A stretch of 64,000 nt of DNA from Eledone cirrhosa. Taxonomy: Eukaryota. Location of the stretch: positions 682,001 through 746,000 of the forward strand of contig OZ024753.1 of NCBI GenBank assembly GCA_964016885.1, given 5' to 3'. How positions within the stretch are numbered: the first letter of the stretch is position 1; the number at the start of each line of letters is the position of its first letter. The notes beneath the pieces were generated by a model. The model saw only the letters and a list, made by a program, of their open reading frames with translations, was not told the DNA's origin and did not search any database. Both the position numbers and the translations under genes were made by a program. Shown one piece after another: positions 54,372 through 64,000 of the stretch.

Positions 54372-54613
54372 CTAGATCAGCTGTGACCCGTTGGGTCAGG
54401 TTTACATAAAAAAATTTTTTTTAAATCATATTCACTTAAAAATAATGTTTAAATAATTAAAATATACACAGAGATGTATATAATGTGAAATGAAACTGGA
54501 AGGCCAATATATATATATATGTGTGTGTGTGTATGCATATATATAAATGTGCGTGTGTGTGTATATATATGTGGGTGTCTGATCTATTTACACTGGTCAT
54601 AGACATACACACA

Positions 54614-54659
<46 letters not shown>

Positions 54660-54922
54660 ACACCACTTATCTCTCTTCCATTCTCCTTCATCTCTCTAAA
54701 TCTACTCTCTCACAACCACTATCTCTTGCTCTCTCTGTTTATGAAGGTACCCGGAAAACCCCATATCTCGGAAACCCGTGTTCCGATTTACGCGAAACTT
54801 GTTTTATTCTATTTGTATCCCCATTTCAGAGTCAACTTCCTTTCAAAGTATTTTCGCATTATGTCCCCTTTTGGCTGTATTACAATCCAGACAAGCAAGC
54901 CATCAAGAGATTTAGTAGTATA
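54372..54922 (-). mobile_element. Non-autonomous Helitron-like element
   Basis: The minus-strand 3' end has the hairpin TGACCCAACGGGTCA followed by CAGCTGATCTAG|T. The 5' end reads TATACTACTAAA, without the canonical TC, and there are internal microsatellites. Confidence 0.6.
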
Positions 54923-54994
54923 CACACACACACACACACACAACACACATACATACATACAATTAAATAGAGGGGTGTTTTTTTTCCAATACAA

Positions 54995-55700
54995 AATATA
55001 TTCGATATGATCGATGTGTGCAGGTGGTAGTAGTAGTAGTAAGAGAAGGAAGAGGCGGCGTAGTGATGATGATAGTAGCGTAAGCTTTGTGTGTTTGGGT
55101 GTGTCACTATAGCGATTCGTTTTAGAAACTGGCAGCAGTGGTCGAAAGAGTTAACAGGGAGAAGGAAAAAAAGCGAGTGAGCAACAAGAAACAGACATCG
55201 AACGACAAACGTTGAGCAATAAACATCGATTTATAAACATGAAGCAACAGCAGAGCAAGGAAATCTCCTAGATTCGTTCAACAGCAGTAGTTCGACTAGA
55301 GTGACGTACAAGAGTAGTTCAATCAGTAAAGAAAGAATGAATCTATAAATAGATGGGTTTGCAACATATTGGAACTGCTGATTTGGTGTCGGAATTTCCC
55401 GGTGCAAGCGATTTAAACTTCGAAAACATTTCCTTGCTAACTCTCTTTCTCTTTCTCTGCAATCGGAAACTATTCAGATATAATATATATCATTCAATCG
55501 TTTCCTTTTCTTGCTCTTTTTTTTTCTTTTCCCCTCTCCCCACACCCCTCTCGTACCGCATCACCTCCACCACCACTGTCACTAGAACACGATTTTATTA
55601 TATATATTAAAAGAACGTTCAAGAGAAGTAGACGAACAAGAAAAACGACGCTCTCCGTTTAATATGACACACAAGTGTTATATTTACAAGAACGGGACAA
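54995..55700. promoter_or_regulatory. CpG-retaining, non-repetitive segment (candidate regulatory region)
   Basis: CpG density is visibly higher than in the rest of the intron and it matches no repeat family here. Function is inferred only. Confidence 0.3.
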
Positions 55701-55726
55701 CTCCTCCTATGATTAAACACACACAC

Positions 55727-55762
<36 letters not shown>

Positions 55763-56289
55763 AATACATACATACACAAATACATACATATATATATTAC
55801 ATATATTCACACACATATATATACACATACACACACGCACCTTGCACCTTCTCACATAACGCACTTTTTTTTTTGCACTAAATAAATACACGTATTGAGT
55901 TATCGTTCAGTTAATATCTGAATGTTTAAGGTACTCTGGTATTTAAAACACCTACCTTAGTATACGCACGTACACACACACACATACGTACACATATATA
56001 CATACAACTATGCCGGTAAGAAATTTGACACCACATGTATCAACTGATGCTACCTGGACTGCTGTGGAAATACTGTAAATAATAATACATCTGCCGCTGG
56101 GAAAATCAAGAGTGTAAACAATTGAAATATACCCCCAGCGAAACCTTCCAGAGAGAAATTAATTCATGTATAAACATTCCTCTTATGAAATAAAACCAAA
56201 TAATTGTTTTCTACTTTTTGGCACAAGGCCAGCAATTATTCCAGTGTATTACTGGTACTTTATTTTATCGACCCCGTAAGGATGAAAGA

Positions 56290-58010
56290 CCAAATAATGA
56301 AATCTTACATGTTATTAATGGAATTTTGGGGGGTGAATATTTACGACGAATTAAAGCCCTCACATTTTGGCAAATCAACGTCTGCTTATATGCCCTAGCA
56401 ACGACAGTGGAGCATTATCTTGGTGATAACAGATATGTTAACAAGAACAAAACACCACCAAATATTACTAAATTAGAAAAAAAAATTGCTGACCTAAGGA
56501 AAACTATAGGATATGTGACAGTGCCTCTTACATGCAAACAAAAAAAACAAACAAAAAAACTACACTCCCCACTAACAAAGGGTGAAAAATAAAATAGAAA
56601 CGATGTTTGAAGACAGTACAACCAGAACTCTTCAATATAAGCTGATCACCCTCAAACAAGAATTGAGAGCTGTCAGCGAGAAACCTCGATACCAGAAAAG
56701 GGTAGATGAAAGAAAAATAATTAATAAAAGATTCAAACGAAACGAAACATCAGTCTATAGAGATATGAAGAGCAAAATAATAAATGTCACCGAGACCCCA
56801 CACCAGAAAGACAGATTCCTCATGGAGAAAAATATGAAGTGAAAAGAAGAATTTCAACCAAGATGCAATGTGGCTAAAAGAAATCCAAAAGAACTACTGC
56901 CCCTAAACTACAACAAAAAACATACAGAATAAATGATGATACCCCTGAGACTGTGATAAGAAAACTGCAAGATAGGAAAAAAAAAAAAAAAACAGGAAGA
57001 GACTTGATTGTCGGCTACTGGTACAAATAACTGACATTCTATCGGATGTATCTTATCTAACACTACCAGCAAGCTCTCAAGAGAGATGCACATATACCAG
57101 GGTGGTTGACATTAGCACACATAATATCAGTCTCCAAGAACAAAGACACCCACTTGGCAAAAAACTACCGACCCATTGCATGACAGAACCTGATGTATAA
57201 AATGAATACAGCCTGCCTGGACCTATTTCTCCAAGATCACTGCGACAGTAATAACACGATCACTGATGAGCAAGCTACTGGGAAGAAAAGTGTTTGGGGT
57301 GTGTTAATTAACAAAACCGCGATGTCAGAGGTACGACAACTTAGGAGGAATATGGCTACATTCTGGCTGGACTACAGGAAGGCATTTGATTCTGTTCCCC
57401 ACTCTTGGATGATAGAGGCCATCCGACTTGCTAAAGTCCCAGACACTATAATCAGAGCCATAGAGAACCTACCTTATTCTTGGGCTACCATCCTAAAGTT
57501 AAAAACAGAGAAGGAGGGTTCCATTTTCACTGATAAAATAGAATATCACAGAGGTATATTTCAAGGAGACAGTCTCTCTGTGTTACTATTTATTCCGTCA
57601 TTAAACTCCTTGTCCTTTCTGCTCAAGAAATGTGTAGGGTACCTTCAGATTTATACCTGTCGTTATTGAGGCACTGGGATATATTAGTAACTGACTCAGT
57701 ACAAATCACCTGGGCTTCACAGAACCAGAAAGAACACGACTAGTTAGGAAATTACAAGTACACTCTATTAATGGAACAGTAAAAATATGTAAAACATTCA
57801 AAACATTCTGCATGTACAGATACAAAACATATGCACATGCATATATATAACTCAAAACATACACACATACAATAACATCCATAGCTGCACACACATGCAT
57901 GCAGACATATCTAACTAGTTCATGTCTAAATTCCAATGAAAGAGTCTTGTGTCTGTTAGAAACTGACTCACAGTATTGCTAAAAATTCATAAAATTATAA
58001 AACCACAACA
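56290..58010 (+). mobile_element. R4/Dong-clade non-LTR retrotransposon, degenerate and internally deleted
   Basis: It has the RT motifs KNYRPIA, FWLDYRKAFDSVPHSW and RGIFQGDSLS. 57640-58010 is the reverse complement of 35860-36260. Confidence 0.88.
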
Positions 58011-58194
58011 TACATATACATGAGAGAGAGAGAGAGAACAGAGATGTATTTATTACCCGAAGTTACATAGACAGGTAGATAACATAGATAGCTGTTATAT
58101 TAACACTGAACATTTTGTCTAAACTGAGAAAGAGAGCAAGATATAAAATTACAATTTCTCTGTTAAAATGGTTGACCCATGACCTTGTTTTATT

Positions 58195-58244
<50 letters not shown>

Positions 58245-58427
58245 CATTTAAAAAAATGCTGATATTACATAAATCGTTTATTCATTATAATTATTTCAAT
58301 GGTTCCCTTATGCAATCCAAGATGTAACGCAGCGTGATTAATATTAGAAACTTAGTCAGACATATACGTTACATCTGAATAATATCGCTAACAACATAAT
58401 TCAGAGAAGCGTATATATAGAAATATC

Positions 58428-58580
58428 CATCTATCTTAAACACGGTTCAGAATTAACTACAGGGAAGATCACATTAGAGTACCTTAAAATAGAGGCTGAT
58501 ACGCATATGGTTTCCTTTATTTTAAGGTACTCTAATGTGATCTTCCCTATAATTAATTCTGAGCCTTGTTTAATATAGAT
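58428..58580. repeat. ~150-nt fold-back inverted repeat
   Basis: The arms are AGGGAAGATCACATTAGAGTACCTTAAAATA and TATTTTAAGGTACTCTAATGTGATCTTCCCT. Confidence 0.9.
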
Positions 58581-58597
58581 GTATAATTGTGTGTGTT

Positions 58598-58665
<68 letters not shown>

Positions 58666-58918
58666 CATACACACTGTAAATGTGGTTGGTGTTAGAACCC
58701 CGGCCAAATTTGCAGTCACGTCAGAGCAAGGTACGGCGTGGCTGATCATGGTCAGACTTGTCTCTCGATGAGGACGACCCGTCTGAACCATGCAAGCATG
58801 GAAAAAATGGACGTTAAACAGTCATGATGATGATGATGATGATGATGATATGTGTGTATAAATCAGCGTGTCTATTGGCACTACCAGCAGCATTATAAAT
58901 TAACCTCGGCAGGATATG

Positions 58919-59428
58919 GTCTGAGTTCAAATCCCGTCCAGGTTAACTTTGCCTTTCATCCTTACGGGGTCGATAAAATAAAGTACCAGTAATGTACTGG
59001 GTAATTGCTGGCCTTGTGCCAAATGTAGAAACAATTATAAATCATCACTGCCGATACTCACATCTAATTGATTCAGTTTGACAAGCTACAAGACATTTTG
59101 CTGAGACAAATGAAGTTCGATCACACATCAATACATATAGATTCCCTTTAAAAGCCAATAGCATTACTCCAGTCCCAAGATGAACGACACTGCCATATTC
59201 TGAACTCAGAACAGGGACGAACAAAAAAAAGGGAGCTGAATAATTAATTGTTTCTAGTATAGGCACAAGGCCAGCAATTTGAAAGGGAGGAGAAAGTCGA
59301 TTAAATCGACCTCAGTACATTACTGGTACTTTATTTCATCGACCCCGTAAGGATGAAAGGCAAAGTTTACCTCGGCGGGATTTGAACTCAGATCATAAAG
59401 AGCCGGGTGTCCAACTCTACCAATACTG
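58919..59428. mobile_element. Two Meta-domain-like SINEs in inverted orientation (58919-59037 +, 59246-59428 -)
   Basis: The family core lies on opposite strands about 210 bp apart. Confidence 0.8.
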
Positions 59429-59599
59429 CTGTACACATGTATCTATATACATCTAGATACATATATATATATATACACACATGTATACACACACACACAT
59501 TATATATATATATATACATATATATACACACACATATATACATACATACATACATACATACATACACACATAAAAATTATATATATATATATACACATA

Positions 59600-60393
59600 T
59601 TTGACTAGTGGGTGTAAAATCAGTCGGCTGGAATTTGTAGACGACAAAGTGTTACTTAACTCAACAGAAGATGATCGCAGACTTGCACTTGATAGGTTTG
59701 ATGCCAAGTGCTGCATGGCTAGAATGAAAATGAGTGCTGCGAAAACTGAGACAACCCCACAGGGAAGCCTGCATAGTGCACTCGACATGCGAATGGAGTT
59801 CAACTGAAGCAAGTAGAGAAGTTCAAGTAACTCTGGAGTGTGTTCATGAGTGGTTGAAGGCAGGAGGCTGAATTAAGTGCAAGAATTGAAGAAGCTGGTG
59901 CAGCATTGCACCACCTTCAGTAATCAGAAGACAGGAGGTAGGCATAAAAGCCAAACTCGCTATCTTTAATTTGGTTTTCGTGCCAATGCTTACCTATGGT
60001 CATAAATCTTGGATAATGACCAAAAGAATATGATTGCAAATACAAGCTGTGAAGATGGGATTCCTTCGAAAGGTCTTTGGAGTAACGTTACTCGATAAAG
60101 TGCGTAACTCGGATGTCAGAGAGTCACTCCAGGTAGAGCTGCTACTTCTCTGAATTATGGGCATGTGGTTAGAATGTCTCAGGAAAGAATCACTGGACAG
60201 ATTTTACTGGCAAAACCAACTGGCAGTAGAACCAGGGGTAGACCCCAAGCAAGATGGTTGGATAACATCCATGAGCTTGGCTGGTCACACTTGAGGATCC
60301 AGCCAGATCAATTGGAGACAGTTGCTTCTGACGAGAGTGTTTGAGGACTGCCCCAACAATCCTCTCAGGAATAAGTGGGTGAAGAAGAAAAAG
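59600..60393 (+). mobile_element. Rex3/Expander-like RTE-clade LINE 3' part
   Basis: It reads ISRLEFVDDKVLL...LDRFDAKCCMARMKMSAAKTE, QVEKFK.LG and GRPQARWLDNI, and has a (GAA)n tail. Confidence 0.85.
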
Positions 60394-60424
60394 CTATATA
60401 TATATATATACATGTATATATACA

Positions 60425-60670
60425 TATGTGTAAATATGTATATATACACACTGTAAAGTGGTCGTGTAGGCGCCACGGAAAAAAGCACCCAGCACTCACT
60501 GTAAATGAGGTTGGTGTTAGGAAGGGCATCCAGCTGTAGAAACCAAGCCAGAATCAGTTCCCATATGAGCAAGGCATGGTCAGCCGACTGGACATTGCCC
60601 ACAACAGGACAACCTGTCTAACCCATGCTAGCGTGGAAGAACGGACGTAAAACAGTGATGATGATGATGA
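60425..60670 (+). mobile_element. RTE-tailed retroposon 3' fragment
   Basis: It has the CACTGTAAA..GGTTGGTGTTAGGAAGGGCATCCAGCTGTAGAAA module and the CCATGCTAGCGTGG..GGACGTAAAA(TGA)n tail. Confidence 0.75.
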
Positions 60671-60689
60671 TATATATATATATACACAT

Positions 60690-63065
60690 TAGTTAGTGAC
60701 TTCATTGTCAGAACTAGATGAACATGGAGACGGAGGGTAACCGGAAGGAGAAGGAAGTTGAAAGAGCCCTCAGCCCGTAACAAATTTAGAGTAAGGAAGA
60801 ACAAATATAGACATTCAATGTAGAAGAACAATTTAGAGTTCCTGAAAGATAATCTACTGAAGGCAACAGATGAGGTCTGTGGATTGAGCAGGGCTACAGA
60901 GAGAAGTAGAGTGACCAGTAAGTGGAACAGTAAGGTAGATGAGACAATTAAGGCCAAGAGACAGGCATGGAAAAAAATAGAAGAACGGGGAAAGCAGAGT
61001 ACACTACATATAGGCCAGGAGAGAAGCTAGGCGACAAATATACTTTGCAAGGAAGGAAGTGAAAGATGAAAACTGTAAGCATGTTTTGCAGCACGAGGTG
61101 TTCAGGATTGCGAGGTAGTGTGTTTGGGAAAATTGTGATGTTGTTGGTGGGAAGTGTGTCTGGAATGATAAAGGCACACTTGCCTTCACAGGTGCCAAAA
61201 AAGAATGTAGCATGGAAGAACCATTATGAAAGATCACTGAATGAGGAGAATGCATGGGAGAATGACAGCCTACCCCAAGTGCACCCAACAGAGTGCCCAG
61301 GCGTAAAAGTCAGCAGCAATGTAGTAAGGCAATTAAGGATAGGAAGACCTAGAAAGCAGTCGGTCCATTGGGAATAGTTGCCGAGATACTGAAAACAGCT
61401 TGGTTGGTAGGTTACACCTTAACCAATCATATTGTAAACCAAGTAATACTAAATGGTGTCATACAGATTGATTGGTGCAGCAGTATCATTGCCAAATGCT
61501 ACAAGGATAAAGAAGATGCAATAGATAGAGGAAACTATAAAGGTATCAAAATGATGGACCAGGTCATGAAAATGTAAAAGAAAGTGTTGTAGCACAGCTG
61601 ATTAGGGACCGGGTTAACCTAGATGAGATGCAGTTTGGATTTATGCCAAGTAAAAGTACCACAGATGCGTTCTTCCTTGTGAAGCAGCTACAAGACAAGT
61701 ACCTAGCTAAAAGTAAGCTACTCTTCCTGGTATTTGTTGATCTGGAGAAAGCTTTTGACAGTCCCCTGTACCATAATCTGGTGGGCTCTTAGAAAATTAG
61801 GAGTAGATGAGTGGCTTGTGAAGGCTGTACAAACACTGTATAGGGGAACAGTCAGCAACGTTAGGATTAACAACGACTATAGCGAGGGATTTAGTATGCC
61901 GGTTGGCATCCACCAGAGCCTCTGTTCTTAACCCTCACCTTTTTATTATCATACTGCAGGCTATAACAGAGGAATTTAAAGCCAGCTGCCTATGGGAACT
62001 CCTGTACGCGGATGATCTTATTCTCATAGCCGAGTCTTTGGCAGAATTAGAGAAGAACTGTAGGTTTTACATGCAGCCGTTGCACTGGAGCAGTAAGCAG
62101 CAAACAACCACAGAAAACAAGTGCTATCAAATTCTGGAAAGGTTCGGTTGAAGCAGTAGACAGCTTCTGCTACCTAGGTGACCAAATTAGCAGTGGAGGT
62201 GGGTGTTCCAAAAGTATAATAGCCAGAGTGAGAACAGGATGGAAGTAGTTCAGAGAGCTACTACTACTGCTAACTACAAAAGGCTTTTCCCTCAAAATGA
62301 AAGGCAGATTGGATGATGTGTGCATACAAACAGCAATGTTGCATGGTAGTGAGGCCTGGGTGCTGTGTGTGAAGATTGGAAAGAAATGAAGCTTGCATGC
62401 TCCGATGGATGTGTAATAGTAATATATGTGAACAGCAAAGAATAAGCAAACAGAGAGAAACTGGGCATAAAAAGAATCAGATGCAGTGTAAAGGAGATTG
62501 CATTGATATGGGCTTGTGATGCATATCAGGGAGAACAGCTGTATAGAAAGGTGCAGGGTACTCAAAGTTGATGGAAGCCATGGAGTGAGAAGACCCAGGA
62601 AGGCTTGGAATAAGGGGATAAAAGCTGAATTACACCTCTCAAAGCTGAATTACACCTCTCAAAGGTGATGGCACAGGACCGAGATCTCTGGTATTATGCA
62701 GTAATACAGTTAATACAGAAGATCCACCTTCCCATGAGCACAGGCTGAAGTAGACATATAGTATGCACCACCATCACCTCCACCCCACCCTTCCATACAA
62801 CTCCCACGTCTTCTTCACCCCCTCTTCCATTGACCTCCCACCTAACATTCCAGCCTCACACATGCCCAAATACCCACCTCCCCAATCCCCAAACACATCT
62901 TCCACCAAAGTACCCAGCGCACACTGTAAAGTAGTTGTGATGGCAACATGACAAAAAGCACTCAGCCCACACGGCAAAATCATTGTGTCGGTGTCATGAG
63001 AAAAAGTACCCAGTACGCACTGTAAAATCAGTTCTGTATGGTCACTTGACCAGGCATTACTAATA
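60690..63065 (+). mobile_element. RTE LINE, degenerate (RT domain, C-terminus and 3' UTR)
   Basis: It reads DRGNYKGIKMMDQVMK, QFGFMPSKSTTDA, FVDLEKAFD, LWELLYADDL, FCYLGD and GWK.FRELL, with many stops and frameshifts. Confidence 0.92.
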
Positions 63066-63077
63066 ATAGGACAACTC

Positions 63078-63395
63078 AATAAAGTGAGTAGCTCGGAAAT
63101 CAGAGAGTCACTCTAGGTAGAGCTGCTAGAGATCACAGCTCTGATACTATGGGCATGTGGTTAGAATGTTTTAGGAAAGAATCGCTGGACAGATTTTACA
63201 GGCAAAACCAGCCAGCAGGAGACCCAGGGGTAGACCTCGAGCAAGATGGTTGGATAACATCTGTGAGTTTAGCTGGTCTCACTTAGGGATTCAGCCGCAT
63301 CGGTTGGAGATGATTGCTTCCAACAGGACCTGCTGGAAGAAGTGTTTAAGGATGCATGACCCTCCCAGGAATAAGTAGGCAAAGAAGAGTAAGGA
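63078..63395 (+). mobile_element. Rex3/Expander-like LINE 3' fragment
   Basis: It is homologous to 60100-60393. Confidence 0.8.
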
Positions 63396-63587
63396 TGGCA
63401 GATATTTATCTATATATATACACACGTGGGGTAGGCTCTCATTGTCTCATTCATTTTCCTCGTTCAGCAGTCTCTCATAGTATGACTTCCATGTCTCTTT
63501 CTTTTGGTTGTCAGAAGGGTAAGTACTCTGCTATAATTTTGGGCACACATTTCTCCAACCACATCACAATTTATTCTCTAGCATACT

Positions 63588-63846
63588 CAGGGCCAGATTA
63601 GGATTTGATGAGGCCCTAAGCTATTTGAGATAATGGGGCCCTTTATATGTTATAAAAAATGTTATAAAAACTGCAAAACGTTCAATATTAAAGCAGAAAA
63701 CTGTTTAAAACTATTGCATTATTTTAGTTCTTTTTTATCTTATATTTTGGAAATGTACACACCATTTTTTTCAATTTTTTCGGGGCCCCAAGAAAGTGGG
63801 GGCCCTAAGCTATAGCTTGTTTAGCTTATACGTAAATCCCACTCTG
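63588..63846. mobile_element. hAT-type MITE with an 8-bp TSD
   Basis: The ends read AGCATACT|CAGGGCCAGATTA ... TAAATCCCACTCTG|AGCATACT, with subterminal GGGGCCC motifs. Confidence 0.9.
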
Positions 63847-64000
63847 AGCATACTGTCTCACAATGCTGAGCACTTCACACCTCTGATCTTCACAGCGCAG
63901 AACATATGTAAACTTCTTTTCTACTTCTTTTCCCCTCACTAGATATACTTGGCACCTTGTAGTTATCAGGTATTTTTTCTTTGTCTCCTCCATTTTTCTA

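Noticed and set aside
55347-55430. Candidate first coding exon of the FERM gene (MFSKFKSL...)
   Set aside because: It ends in a stop with no donor site and lacks the expected C..R.LDD motif.
59056-59210. Donor-like gtgagt with an upstream open frame on the minus strand
   Set aside because: It has no FERM similarity and no clear acceptor or start.

Overview
This is AT-rich, microsatellite-dense animal genomic DNA. The SINE, RTE and MITE repertoire resembles an octopod cephalopod (inference). The only host-gene sequence I can support is two small minus-strand exons with canonical splice sites: 13139-13035 (105 bp) and 9928-9886 (43 bp). They splice in frame to KDSTGQWLLDQVCQRLNLIEKDYFGLRYVDLERQR|HWLDPIKTVYKQLK, the N-lobe of a FERM domain most like FRMD5/FRMD3. 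Neither exon appears in the ORF track. No other exon was recognised, so most of the window is probably intron of this gene. It is filled with decayed non-LTR elements (RTE, Rex3/Expander-like, R4/Dong-like, CRE-like, Tx1/L1, CR1), tRNA-derived SINEs, mariner relics, piggyBac-, hAT- and Tc2-type MITEs, a non-autonomous Helitron, minisatellites and many palindromes. Nearly all ORFs in the track are repeat artefacts. I found no clear new multi-gene system. The best leads are a ~400 bp inverted duplication and other fold-back structures near the exons, an R4-like family bordered by (CATA)n, bipartite RTE derivatives, possible ribozyme relics in RTE leaders, and minisatellites arising inside transposable elements.
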